From Daphnia carinata (Eukaryota): DNA of 64,000 bases. A program made the position numbers and the translations under genes. The notes under the pieces were generated by a model that was not told the DNA's origin, searched no databases, and saw only the letters and a program-made list of their open reading frames with translations. Location: contig NC_081332.1 in the NCBI RefSeq assembly GCF_022539665.2, positions 6,634,001 to 6,698,000 on the forward strand, written 5' to 3'. How positions within the stretch are numbered: the first letter of the stretch is position 1; each line of letters opens with the position of its first letter. Shown here one piece after another: positions 1 to 13,999 of this stretch.

Positions 1-1953
1 CCCCCCCCCACCCTTCTCCTGTAGATAGGTCTATTCTATATAGTGTGTGTCCTCTTAAGAGCTACTGGCATTCACACCCTCCCCGTGTTGTTAGTCTGAC
101 CCCGGGTTGACCTGTCCGCCCGCCCTAGGGTGCCCGAGAAACTGGACGCCCGCCTTATAGTTTTTTGCTCCGTTTCGAATTCACGCGCGCTTGGGGAAAT
201 TCATCGCCAATGAAAACAAGTATAAACATCAACAAAGCAAATACAATGGTGCGTACTGGGCAGAGAGTCAAACAATTCAACCGACGTGTTCCATAATACA
301 CTACTGTACCTCAAATCAATGTCTGAGAACTAAACAGCAGGGAAAAGGAGAAAAAAAAAATAAAAACCGGTGCAGAGCGAATGACAAAAGCCGGACATGA
401 AATAATCAATCGTTCGCGTGTGGCGTCCGTGATGAAATCAAACGAATAGACAAAGAACAAAGAAGGTATTGGAATGACGAAGAGACGAGTTAAAGGGTGA
501 AAAGTTTTGCGACGAACAAAAGAAATCAGAAAAGTATCGTCTGACGTAACCGCAAATTTCAGCGCGATGTCGACCGAAAGGAGATGCGGCTTTTTGACAC
601 AAAAGCGAGATGTTGTAACGCCGACGGGCCGATTGCTTCTTCATTAGCTTATTGCCACCTCCATCGTCACCTCACAATGGTCCTCACATGGAAGTCGCTT
701 GTTGTCTGGAGCTCTCAACTCATCAAATTCTTTGCTTTTTTGCGCTCTTCGGGTGTCCCTCTCCATTCAATGGAAGAAGCGCAGCGCCATGTAATGTCTA
801 TATACGACAGCCCGTCAAGTCTCTTCAAACTCCTCGTAGCATTGTGTTTTTGTCCCACCACCCTTTCCCCCTCCCGTTTCTTTTCTTAGCAAACAAACAA
901 TAATATCGACAACGGCGAAGACCCTGCTCACACCACCAATAAGAAAATTTTATAAGGAAAAAAAAAAAAAAGAAATTTCAATCGTACACTACTCGAACAG
1001 TTATTCAATGGCCAAAACCGGGGGTTGTGTCTATACAACGGGTTGGCCATATCTACATAGTATCGCCGTTTCCTGATTTCTTTTTTTTTTTTTTTTCCTT
1101 CTTCATCTCCAACTTCCATTGATACTCGGCATCGGTGGCTGCTCCATCGTTTTTTATCGCGCTATCGTATTGAAATTTTCAAGGGGGGGGGATTGATGAT
1201 GAAGATCGGCTCACTTGTATACGTCGTGTTGCGTCCACGTATATATCCAATACCTTCGTTCCCTCTTCCCTCCTTCTCGCAGACGCAAAGTGGACGCCTT
1301 TTATATTGCGTATTGAATTTAGCGCTGAAATATATTGGAAACAGATAAAACAAAAGAAGGCAGACGTAATGTAATATCTTCCGATCTATTGTTTCCTACT
1401 ATGTCACTGCCTCGTTTCGTAACTGAACATGTGGAAACATAAGAGCTGTAATTTTTAATGTATCCATGTGCGCGATGGTATGCGAAACGCTTTTGTTTTG
1501 AATGAAATTGAAACAATTTTGCGTATACGGATCGGGATATTTATAGTCGCGAAAAAAACAAACTATTGTGTACTCGCGTCTTGTGACTCCAGCGATGATG
1601 TCACATTGTCCCTCTTTGGTTCCGTCTTTTCCTCTTGTCTATTTATCGATTATTATTCTTGCGTTCTAAGTTGTTGTTGTTGTTGTTGGGACGCGCCTGC
1701 TGTTTGTCTTTTCCCGTTAATAATGGAAGCAAAAGGAAAAAAAAAAAAAAAAGAAAGAAATTCCAACACGGGTTTCGAGTTCCTCTCCAACCCGACCTTT
1801 TTTTTTTTTTTTTTTCTCTGTCCCTCTTGTATTTATTACGTTAGGGGACATATTTATTTTGCGTTCTACTGGTTTCAGTTCGAAACGAAGCGGCAGGCAG
1901 GGTGGACGAGATGCTGGTTACCGTTGCCAAATGACAAAGAGAGAGACACACAG

Positions 1954-1979
1954 ACACACACACACACACACACACACAC
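1954..1979. repeat. (AC)n microsatellite
   Basis: 13 AC units, seen directly. Confidence 0.9.
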
Positions 1980-4900
1980 CAAAAAAGAGAGTCCAAACAA
2001 CTCGAAAAGAGACGAAGACGTTTCAACCCCATCCCTCGTGCTCCGCTTCACAGTGCTGCGGTCGGTGCCATTGACGTCAGTGAGAGTTTCATAAATAGAG
2101 TTCTCTCGGCTAAGAGTGAGAGAGAGCTCTTTCTTTTTGACTTGCCTGTCCTCGGTCGGCCCTTCCGCCTTTCCTCTTTCTTGTTTTTTTTTCGTTGTCC
2201 ACTAAACTTTACCGAGCTCTTGTTCTAGCCCCGAGTGGGGAATTGGCATCGCACTGACTTCAATACGTAATAGCCTCCTCCCACCCACACCCACCTACGT
2301 CCACCCTCGATCGACGCACCTTCTTTTCCAAAAGCCCGCCCCAGCCAACATACACATAGCGGTGCTACTTCCCAATTTGAAAAGTCTCAGGTCCACGTCT
2401 ATATAGTCCCATTGACGACTTGGGCCGATAGGTTAGGTCGATCATTTTGGCCTATGGCTCCCAAGTGATCCACATCCCTTCCTCTTTCACCGTTTGTGTA
2501 TATATATAGACATATATGCTGTATAGCTTATGCACATGTGAACCATTCCACGAGGAAGACAAATGCATCTCGACTCTCCTCTGCCCAGCCAAACAAACAC
2601 TAAAGTTTTGCGCGTGCATCTTGTCCTTGGTTCTTTGGCGTTTTTCCCTCCCGCTGTTCACCTTTCTCTATCGACCCCTCATTTGCTGCAGGTGGCCGTG
2701 CCCCGCTCGAAAATCAACAGGAAAACTCGAAAACAGCACATTAACGTCGCTGCTATTCTTACGCAATCGAGAAATTTTGAATTTGCGTGAGATGTTCTTT
2801 TCGCCACGCAACGCAATTGATCCATTAATTCGTTCTTACGTCAATGAAATTGTTTAAAATCCACGAGTAATTGAACGTGTATCTACTAAAACAATACCAA
2901 ACTGATATGATTTCCCCCTTTTTCTCTTTCACCAACGCAATCATTTAAGGACCTCGACAATAATACGAGTGAGATGGATGCTGGCCACGGAGAGGAGGCG
3001 CGTCCAGCGCATTTTGACGCGAATGACTAATGGCTTTCTCGTCAAACCAACAATACGATCATGGCCCAGGATTAGTCGGCATGGGAAAAGAATGCAGCTA
3101 GCCATCAAAGCTCGACCAGTTTGGCTCGGCCGGACGTTATAGTTGCGCCGTAAGTCGACTGGCAGCCGGCCAACAGTTTCCCCCCTCATCTGCAGCAGCT
3201 ACTCGCGCTTCCCCGCTCGCTCAAACGTCCATCTCTCCTTCGCCCTGTTATAATTTTGGGCAAATTACTTTCTTCGGGCCAAGGCCGCGCAAGAGAAACT
3301 CAAGCGTGCCTTTCACGGAAGCCAGTGCAGGAAGACGGACGAGAGAGGAGAAAAAGAAGAGCGAGATAAGAACGACGGGCAGCATGTTTTGGCAAACCTT
3401 TCACGCTCATTAAGGTAGCAATGGAAGCCTCCCTTGTTAGCCTATTCGTGGGCGAAGAGTAAGAGAATAGACAGCAGAGGGTGACAAGCAAAATGAAGAG
3501 GGGTTGGGGAGCGGACTTTTGTTTTTTAAATATCCGTTGCGGCCTAGCTTGGTGAAAACGGGCAGGCTTATACCGTCAGCCAGGTCCATTTTCTTTGACG
3601 CGAAGCACCAACTACTAGCGCCCATCACTCGTTTTCTTTCCTTAATTTACGGCACTACTTTCTCATTGACAAAGTTGGCATGGCGCTCTTCCACGTGGAT
3701 GCGCTCATTTTTTTTCCCCTCTTCTTTCCCCATGTCCTGGTCAAACTAGAGTTCGCTATCATACAGAGTCGATACAAAACGGAGCACGTCAAAAGTCCAG
3801 CATTGTTGCTGGACTCTATACTTGATTATACTAGCAAGCCGTTTGGTTTTTCAACAGCTAATGAGCTTCGAGCGAATCCAACGAGGAACAGATGATTCAT
3901 TACTGCACAAAGGAGAGGAAAATGCAAATTTAATTAAGTTAAAAAGATGTGAAAGAAAAAAAAAATAATAATAATAACAAAAAACAAAACAAGAAAAAAA
4001 GAAAACACAGATGATCTGTGTCACTCGAATCCCTCCTTGGTTTGCACTTTAGATTGATATGATGCCTGATTTTTATTCACGTTGTGTCGAATTTCGTTGT
4101 GATAGTTACGGTTCAATTCTAAGCGTCACATTATAGCGCCGTGCCGGACGCCCGGACATTCGCTGCTATTATCTTTTCTCGAACAACCTGCGATGCTCTC
4201 CGCAAAGTAAATTTTCTTTCCAGCAACTCAGTCCGTGAAACAAAATGGACTAACGTACCACTTAGATTTTGAACACATCAACTACGAAATGATTACATTA
4301 ATTGTCGATATGTTATAGCTAAAAACGAAGCTCATGTGAACGAGTTACGTAACAGGATGGCACCGTATTTTGTTCACGGTTTGCACGCAACTCCTCGCAA
4401 TGGCAGCCGCAAGTTTCTTAATGAAATGGGTAATAGGGTGATGGCGGGTAGTTAGTAGCATTTACAGCGTCCTTCAAATCACAACATTTGCATTGGGTCT
4501 TTGTGGAGAAGATGCCGCACGCGCGGAATAAAAAAAAAAAAAAAAAGGGGAGAAATAAGACGAAACCCTAATATTTAAATATTCTTCTCTAAGATCCACT
4601 ATCATGGACACATACTGTGTACAGTGCACGACAGTACGTGTCATGTTGACCTTACAATGACTGTTTGCCGTTGTGCAGCACCAAAAGCTGTAACCTAATA
4701 ACACCAACTCGCCAATCGAAATGAAACACCTTGTTATCTGTCTTGTTCTGGTCGTTTTTGCTCTTATCGCGGCCAATGTGTCAATAACGGGAAGGGTCAA
4801 CATTTTTTTGCAACAACAAAACTACGAGTCAAAGATGGGATTTCTGCAAAAAAGAAGAAAAACTTGTTCATCCCGTTGCACTGGATCACTGTAAAAGTAC

Positions 4901-5882
4901 CAGAGCAGCTCAGCTGCAGATGTAGGATAAGGGTGTCCGATCAATCCGAGTTATCTCACAAAACACTCTTTGTTGCTTTTGCATTATGTTTCATCACCTG
5001 GATCTCTCGTTCGCGCTCATATCGATTGGAACCTCATCTCGGCAAAACCTGAAAACAAATAGCCAAACAAAATTGATCGTGTTATATACGACAACTTCGC
5101 AAAATGGCATGTGCGAATTTTTTACGATCACATCGTAATTTCCTATCATAATATCAATTACAAAGAGCGACATCGTATAGTCCTGTGCATCACAAAGGCT
5201 GCATTAATACGCCGAATGCGGGGTGGTGGACGCGGTCAGCTGTAAGCACAGTTTCCGATCGTCTGTTGAAATGATTTAGTTTCAAAACATACATAATAAC
5301 ATCAACTGTAAAGATTGAGGGCATTGGATAATGCAGTACACAACTACATGCGATATGGAAGTATCGTGTACAAGAATTTTGAAACCCCGCCCAGCAGGTG
5401 GATATCGAGCGCTTGCGCGCTGACGATTGGCATCGGGATTGGCCGGAGCGGGCAAAAGGCACAACATCACATGGTCTTACACACACACATACACATTCAC
5501 ACACACACTCAGATATACTGAAGAGACTAACACACATGGACGTTGCGAGAGAGAGAGAGAGGGTATAGTGTGTCCGAAAGGGTTTCCTGTTCATGATTTC
5601 ACCCTCCCGCCCCAACGTTTCCATCGTAACTCCCGTCATGTCCGCCCGCTTCCTATCTGGTTCACGAGCAAGTTGGACGGAGGGATGGCCTCTTGTACCA
5701 AAAAGGGGTGGCCGTATATGAGGAAAGTGGGAGGTAGGTTTGTGGGGATCGGGAATCGTGAGGAAAACACATGCGCCGTCCCGATGCTATATGGCCGTCA
5801 TATATCCATACAGATAGACGGACTGGGATTCAGCTTATGAACGCGGGCTGACACACCACCATCGAACGTGTGTATCTAATGT

Positions 5883-5910
<28 letters not shown>
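5883..5910. repeat. (AG)n microsatellite ~0.9 kb upstream of the Maf ATG (GAGA-type element)
   Basis: 14 AG units seen directly. Any regulatory role is inference. Confidence 0.85.
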
Positions 5911-5913
<3 letters not shown>

Positions 5914-6813
5914 GGTGCGCGTAGAAGCGATGACGATATAGCAACACATACTGGACGAGGGCGGGAGTTAGTGCGGCAGGAGCAGTTTCGGGTGACTCTT
6001 TTCGGTGGGTGGCGGTAGTCCAGTGGTTTGTGTGTGTGTGTCTCTGCATGTCAGGAGCGGAAGAACAAAACGAGAGCAAGTCACCGAGGCTGGAGCCAGT
6101 TGCCCAGCGTTGATGATGTGAGCGCCCGGCAGCGTAGAGACCTTCATTCAAGATCCGTCACAAGCTCTCGCCGCACATTGTCGAAGCTTTTTTTTTTTTT
6201 TTTCCTCCCATTTCTTTTTCTTTCTTTTGTCTATCTGTTTTTACCTCTTCTTTGATTATCGTTTCATCTTTCCATTCACCTACTTTTAAAACTCGGCGTC
6301 AACTCGGTTTTTCTTTTTTTTTTTTTCTCTGTTGCCCACCTTCGGTTGTAGAGCTACCCGTTTCTCTAACTGCCGCCAAATTTCGGCGGAACGGGAACAT
6401 TGCCAACGAAAACGAAAAAAAAACAAACTCTTTTTGTGGTCAGGGCGGACAGAATTGACGACGTCCTCGACACAACAGTCGTCCGGCTCATTGGCGTTTT
6501 GCGAGTTGGCCGCCCCTCTGCCGAATATCTCGTTGTCGTGAAAAAGATTTTCTCTTCCCATCGCAATGTCGACGTGAATTGTGAATCGTTGGTGATCTAA
6601 TCTCCAGCCAAATCCCCGTTTCACAACTGAAATCACTTCAATTTTTTTTTTTTAACAGAGTGTTTTGTGTTTTTACGCTTTCCGGCTCGTTGGTGCCGCG
6701 AATCATTTCTTCCTTTTTTTTTCGTACTGTGAGAGCCGGTGGAAGAACGGAAAGCAACCAGTAGGTTTTGGCCCGTCGGATTTCATCGCCATTCGTTTGC
6801 GAGTGACATAGTC

Positions 6814-9800
6814 ATGGAGGCCTCGGCCCAAGACGAGTACGTCAGCGACTTTGATTTAGAACATTTGGAAGAAGTGGTGAAGCGTGAGATGCTCGAACAG
6901 AGGCGTAACGCAGACGCTGCCTACGCGCTTCACTATCAGAACCTGCAGCCACCGGTACAGCCTCAGCCTCAATCGTCTCAACCACAGCAACAACAACAGC
7001 AATCGTCTCCAGGTGTGGCCCAGCCGCAGCAAGGGCACGTTGTGTCCCACCATTCGGCAGCGTCGGGACCCACCAGCCAACAACCTTCCGCCCCTTTGAA
7101 GCATCAGCTTCAGGTAGGCATTTCTGTTTCAATTTCAATACATACCTTGTTGTGCATCCGCTGGATTGGATAATAACAATGAGAAATGAAAAAAAAAAGG
7201 AATGTTAGTGTTAGTTGCGGGATCAATCAAGAATATGTTTATCGCTGAGTCAACTTTGACACTAAAGTTTGCGAGTGACTTACAACCTAATAGATCGCAT
7301 GGCCGAGAAAACGAAATTGACCTCAGTTGTATAAACAAACCGATGAAACAAAGCGATAATGAGGATGACGTTTTCGCAATACAAGGAGCAATTGATGGAT
7401 AGCTGTCTTGATAAAGGATTATTATTTCCTCTCATAATCTTAACCCAATTAGATTACATTTTATCTACGCAATGGCTTATAGATGGGTATATATATATCA
7501 GTGCTCGACGTATCGATTTCATTGCAAATACACGTCCTCGTGATGGTTATCCGTTATTGATTATCCACATTGTAACTAAAAAATAAAAAAAAAAATGATC
7601 AGGCACCGGCTACACCGCCGGATACCCCACCGGGCCAACCTTGTAGCATTATGTCACCGGCATCTCCCTTCCAACATCAACAGCAGCAGCAACAACATGG
7701 CCATCACTCTCAACACTCACACGTTCAACAGCAACAACAGCAGCAACAGATCCAACAACAACAACAACAACAACAGCAAGCACAAGCTACGGCAACCGTC
7801 TCAGCCGCTGCTGTCCTGCCGATAGGCCCAGGCTTGGAAGTGATCCAGCACAAAGGTATATCAGCAGATCATTTAGCTCTGGGCATGCCAGTTTATCTTT
7901 GGAAACTTGTTATTCACTAAAAACCTTGCCATGTCAGCAGGAATGAGTGGAGGCACCGACGAGTTTCTATGGGTGACGGCGTCGATGCGTTACGGGAACG
8001 CGGTGCCGCCGCTCCAGATCCATCAGGAACCGCTGGATTTGCGGCCGCAGGGATCCGAGTCACCACTGGACGATCCTCACGCCGCTTGGGCGCACCACGC
8101 CAGCATGCAGCACCAACAGCAACACCATCAACTGCAACAGCAGCAACAACATCAACAACAGCCACCGGCGCAACATCTACTGGGACGTCGAGATTCTTAT
8201 TCGGAGGGTTCGCTCGCTCTGCATCTTCCCGGCTGCCATCCGAGCCAACATCACCATCACCAGGTGGGGATTGAACCTTATAGACCCTATATGTTCTAGT
8301 CGTTTTCTGTTAGGTGAAGTAGGTAATTTATACAAGGAAGGGGTTGGAGAGGTCAAAGAAGAAGATGGCAGACTCATTTTGGTGATGTGAAACTATACTG
8401 AGGAATGGTGGCAATGTTCTGCTGCGTGAGGAACATGTTCGATGGTGTTGAGCTTTGGCCATGATCGCCGTATTTGCTCACTTGCTCAGCTTTACCCTCC
8501 CCGGTGTCAGAATCCTTGAACTTTCTCAGTGATAGGGAATACACTGGATCTCTCTTCTTCTCCTGATCACTCAATGCCAGTTAGACTTTGCGCCTCTACA
8601 TTGTCCTTGGGAAAAAAAAAAACTATTGACCGTCATGCTTATTCCTTTATCCTTTTTTTACATTCACGCACACATTGCACGCTGACATAGCGTTTGTTTG
8701 TTTGTTCGCTATTTTGCTTTCTTTCTTTTGTTTCTCTTTGACTTGTTACTGTTCGGTGATGGCGGTTTTGTTTCATTATCACCGGTTTCTACTTCAACAC
8801 CACTCACGTCGCACCTCTCGTTCACACGCTGCCAATCCCGCAATGCCATCCAATAGCAGTGGAAAATGGTCGGCGAATTCAAACCACTTTATCGATTAAT
8901 TGATTGATTCATTTCGTTTTGCTGACTTAGCTAGTACAAGAGAAACAAATGGCATCTTTCGTTTTACTAATTATTCAATTGAAATGCTTGCAATAAACGG
9001 CTGATAGGTACCACGTGGCTGTGGCTCGAGTTCTTCGAGCGCCAGTTCGACGTCCGGTTCGGAAATTGGTGGTCCCAGCAGCAATGGCGGCATGATGGTA
9101 GGCCTTGGTCCAAACTCGGGAGGCGGCGGTAGCTTGCATCACGGACATCATCATCATCACCACCATCACGGAGGGGGTAACGACCTACTGGACGACGACC
9201 AGCTCATTTCGCTCTCAGTCCGCGAACTCAACAAGAAGCTCAACGGCTTCCCGCGCGAAGAGGTCGTCCGGCTGAAGCAAAAGAGGCGGACGCTCAAGAA
9301 CCGCGGCTACGCCCAAAACTGCCGTTCCAAACGCATGCAGCAACGCCACGAGCTGGAAAGCGCCAACACGGCCCTCAAGGTAATTCTTACGATTGCAACG
9401 TCTAAATGGCCGCGACTGGCACGTGTATTTACACCATCGCAATCATTTAGGTTGTTTTTTTTTTCGTAGACATTGTTATCCATCGCCTAATACTCAATTA
9501 GCTCTTTCTTAACGGCGTAATCAAATGCTATCTAACAGCTTACTGTACGACTATTCATAGCCAGAATTGCGCGTAGTTTGACCGAAAACGGTCGTCTCAA
9601 TTTAAATCTTACATCGAAAGTTTCTTAGCCAGATGACTTGGTAACACAAATCGCAGCCACAAAGTCAGAAAGAATTCAAACGTAGAGAGATCTTGTTGCT
9701 TTTCAACCGAAACGTCGTTGCCAAACGTGAATCGTTGCCTATTTGCACCCCGATTTCGAGCTGTGATTGTTGAAAGAAGAAAAGGAACATTTCAGCTGTA

Positions 9801-11163
9801 TAGACACACACACACACACACGCATGAATACTATTCCAAAAAAGGAAAAGAAAAAAATCAAGTGGAACGAAGCTGGATAACTTTGTTGGGGGGATCGGGT
9901 TCAACAGTTTGACGAAAATCATTGAACGTCACAATAAAGGAATGGAAAGAAATGCGAACGAGGGCGACGGCGATCGGGTTCAGATGGCAGCGGACCGCGT
10001 CACGTTAGTATACCAGTTAATCACGAGGCAGTGCATTGTACACACACATCACAATAGCCACTGATGCTACACACTGGCTGCTGAACGCTGCAAGTCAACA
10101 CAGCGTCCAACTGATATCCCCTCCAAAAGAAAACGAGAGGCGAGTCGTCGTCGACCCTGATGTCGGAATACGTCCAGCTGTCGTGGTGTGACCGCAACGA
10201 GTCAAATTAGACCGAAAAAAAAAATTCACTTGTCTGCTCCAAGAATTTTGAGTTTATCGCAAACCTTTTTTTCCCTCTAATTCTAATCTCATTCTAGTCT
10301 CGTCTTTCAATATTTATCGAAATGAATTTGCTAACCAAGATTTTAGCGACATTTCGTTTAAAAAGAAATTATGAGTGGCCGGCGCTGATCGCGTGTTTAA
10401 GGCTGTGTTAGCGACGGTAGAGCGTGAGAACTGGGCCGATCGGAGGCGCGACATGGAAGCGATCCGGTCGCTACGACGACAGGCGTTATAGGGATCGCCT
10501 ATTTCCGTTTGGCTTCTACCGAATAGTAGCAACAGACCGACACTTTGATGCCGTCTCGTTTCATTTCGGCCCGTCATCTCAGCCGCGTTTCCATGCGCTT
10601 CTTCAATTACTTTGTTTCTGTCCGTTTCCTTGCTCTCTTTCTCTCTCTACGATTTGCACGTTGAGTGCACGTTTCTGTCATTGCGTATCATCACAAAGCG
10701 AATGTAAGGGATGCGGCCGCAAACAAAAACGAGGGCCAGAGTTCATTCCACTTTGAATTTCAATGGCTGTTCCTAGCCGTGTCAATTAGGTATGAGATTT
10801 CTTGTAGGGGAAAGTGATGGATCACAATGGTAGATCGCACGGCTCGAATGGTGAACACCACCGTTTCCATTATCTTCTTACCGTATTTTTTTCATCTGTT
10901 GTTTTTGTCTGATTTTTCATTTCTCGATTGGATATCCGTGCGTTTGATCCACCCAGGCCGAGATTCAACGAATGCGCTTAGAGCTGAGCCGAGTGGCGCA
11001 GGAGCGGGACAGCTACAAGCAGAAATGCGACGCCATCCATCGTCTCAACCAGCAACAGCAGCACAGTCACTCACATCAAGCGCAACAGCAGCAGCCCAAG
11101 GGCGGCAGTAATCGAACCTCTGGCTCCCAAATCAACGACGGTCCAACCAATTACTACCTGTAA
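6814..11163 (+). CDS. maf: Large Maf bZIP transcription factor (traffic jam / MafA-MafB-like). Coding exons 6814-7113, 7603-7855, 7941(or 7938)-8263, 9008-9379, 10957-11163
   Basis: GT-AG joins keep the frame throughout. N-terminal [12 protein letters not shown] motif; [22 protein letters not shown] (large-Maf S/T-P phosphorylation motif); poly-Q and poly-H tracts; extended homology plus basic region [48 protein letters not shown]; leucine zipper continues in the last exon ([24 protein letters not shown]). Confidence 0.93.
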
Positions 11164-13999
11164 AACGAGGCAAAGAAAAAACAAAAAAAAAAAAAAAAAA
11201 CAGACAAAAAAAAAACAACAAAAAATAAAAACAAAAACAAAAACAATACAAAATCGCCAGACGATTTAATTGGGTTTATCCTGCTTCTACCTTTCATTTT
11301 ATACATAATTGATGCGGTGCGTGTACATATTACATTACGTACAGATATGAAGTAATGACAGTTGTGGTTTTTGATCCCACTGCAGACTATTTGCACAGAT
11401 CGAAATCCACTTCACAAGAACCTTAAATAATCTGATGTTCTTCATCGACCCCTCCTTTTTATCACCTGCCCTGTTTTTGATCCTACCTCTTTTACCTGTT
11501 ATCTCATGGCTTGGTTCTCATCGTCATTTCTTATCTATTATACGCATACTATAGATTGCGGACCCCTACGCCCCAATTCGCTACATCGCAATCATTTCAT
11601 TCATTGTTGCTGTCAATGATGGTTTAGTTGTTTCAGTGGTCTGATATGATTCGAAAAAATGTTGCCTAAACGATTGTGCGTGTATGTCCCTTTCGCTCAG
11701 CATTTTGTATCTATTAAGATTTTTTGTCGCTTCCTCTATGGCCTGAAAATAGAGGAACCATCGCCTATCATATGTGTAGAAGCCCTTTAGTTTGTCTCTA
11801 TAAGTGCGACGCAATTAAAACTCATCCAATAAGGCTAACGTATCGGGAGCTGTTTAACCGACGAAATTCATTATATATCGTGTCCTTTTTTTTAAACTTC
11901 CCCCCAATTTTATCTCGCTTTTATTTTGTGTTTCTTCTTTTACGGGAAGCTGGCGGGGAGAGGGATATTTTGATTCGGTTTTTATTTGCGCTTTACACGA
12001 CGACGTGAAGTCATACCAAAGTGCGTACCCTTTTTCGCAGCTCTGAATTAGACCTTGATACCGACAGCACTACTGTGCCCTCATTCTTCTTTTTTTCTTT
12101 TCATTTTTCTTTTTCCATTTTTTTTTTCTTTTTTTCTTCCTTTTTTTTTTTGTATGTGTGTGTCCGGGTTTGGTTATTGAAGCTAATCAGGTATTCCGAG
12201 TCGGTCTTCTTCTTGTCCGTGCGAGGTCAGCAGCTCGTTGTCGAAACTCTTCCTTGCGCCATACACGGCTGGGATCCGTTTTGCTGTTACTCTGCCGGCC
12301 TGGCTGTCACAGCCAACAAGGGGGCGAGCAAGTCAGGCGAGACGGTCAGGGAGGCGAACGGATGGCGAGAAAGAAGAAGGGGGAGAGAGGAGAACGAGAA
12401 CGGGGAGAAAAAGATACAGTGGTTCTCTTTCGAGCTCGTTGCGCATTGAAAACAAGAAAATGAAGTCAATTGTGTCAATTTCTTCGTCGACCAGAAATCA
12501 TGGCCGGTTCGCTTCTTGGCCATCGCACAGCACACATTGGTTTTGCTCTGTACCAATACCGATGACGCGTGAACCTACAACACGATGGTCTGAATCTCAA
12601 ATCGTGTTCACTCTCTCTCTCTCTCTCTTTTTCTTGCGCTACTCGCCATCTTCTTTGAGCATGTGACACACGCACCTGTTATTGCTCCCCATTTCCCACA
12701 CAAACCTTCCATAGATCCCAATCATGATTTTTCTTTCCCTCCTTCTTTCTGATTGATTCTTTCTACATTTTCCCGGTTTTCTTTTTTTTTTATATTCCTT
12801 ACTTCCTATATTTGTTTCTTTGTTGTCCAAACGTCACCTTCTTGAACGTCAACATTGTGAAAGCCGGACACATATTTGTTATTTTTTCTCACCCTTTCCT
12901 TTTCTTCTTCATTTTCTGTGATAGTTTGATTCGATTCTCTTATGCTTCGTTTCGATCCGCTTGTATACTCGCCACAATTTACACGTTGACATCATATTGA
13001 CTCTTTATTCTATGCCGTATATACTGTAACGTGATTTTGCAATGTCTGGTTATCCATTTCAGGCTGCTTTTTTTGATCCCGATGGATTGTTGAATCAATC
13101 GAAGAGTGGGCAAACTCGAGTAGGAGCGATGGGTGCTTTTCAAAGTTATATGGGGTGAATGCAAAAAAAAAAAAAAAAAAAAACTATGCTGTTACCATTA
13201 TTAGCTTTCGATTCTGTTGATCGGCTTCATATAACATCACCTCCCAACCCACACACTAATCCGTTGTTGTTGAAACATTCCACTATAAGCCCATACAATT
13301 AAGCGTGTAGGCCTACAATAGCGACGCTGCGGTAGCTACACTTAGGGGGGGAAAAAAAGCGGATCGATGCAATCAATCCCGTTGTATCATATGTTGAACA
13401 GTTGCATGAAGTCGTAATTCAGAAAGAAGAAAATATTGAAAAAAAAATGAAGAAAGGGTGGATCGTTATTGATCCTTGTTTCACGTAGCCTCTCATATAT
13501 TACGAGTCCTTCTGGGTAAGTCTATTTACGTGCGATTAATTGAAGCTTTTTTTTTTTAATCCAATTGTAATTCTCCACTGAAAATTATCGAAAAGACGAA
13601 CTATGGGCTTGTTATGTAAACTCACGTCATTGCTGTTTGGTCTCGTTTGAAAAGAATATGCCGGCTGTCCTTCATTCATTGATTTCTTTTGAATTGACTT
13701 TTTTTTTTTTTTTTTTTTTTCTTTCCTAATCGCAATAGTCGGCAGTGGAGAAGCCATTCAAAGGCCTCCTTCTTTCTGTTGATTGTCTGTATATGATGTG
13801 ATTTTTTAAACTCTTTTCATCTTTCCCAATCTGCCCATCGAATCACAAAAACCGTTACGTGTATTTCCTTCCACCTAGTAGCCTATCGTGTTTCCCCCTT
13901 TGTTGGCCCTCTCGTGTGCTGGTGACTATTGCTATGATGAATGGTGATGCTTATGTTCATTAAATAGCGATGGTGACAAATACTCTAAAGTTCAATAAA
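11164..13999 (+). other. Probable long U-rich 3' UTR of the Maf gene, ending near AATAAA at 13994-13999
   Basis: Non-coding, T-rich sequence after the TAA stop, with a candidate AATAAA at 13994. An earlier AATAAA lies inside the A-rich tract at ~11224, so the 3' end is uncertain. Confidence 0.35.

Noticed and set aside
191..6700. Many 60-200 aa ORFs upstream of Maf
   Set aside because: They are low-complexity products of poly-A/T and CA/GA repeats with no motifs; the region reads as regulatory or UTR DNA.
8522..8538. tetO-like sequence TCAGTGATAGGGA
   Set aside because: Only a partial match, a single copy and no vector context; probably chance.
11161..11166. Stop-codon readthrough as in Drosophila tj
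   Set aside because: The stop is TAA-A followed by an A-rich low-complexity tract, not a leaky UGA-C context.
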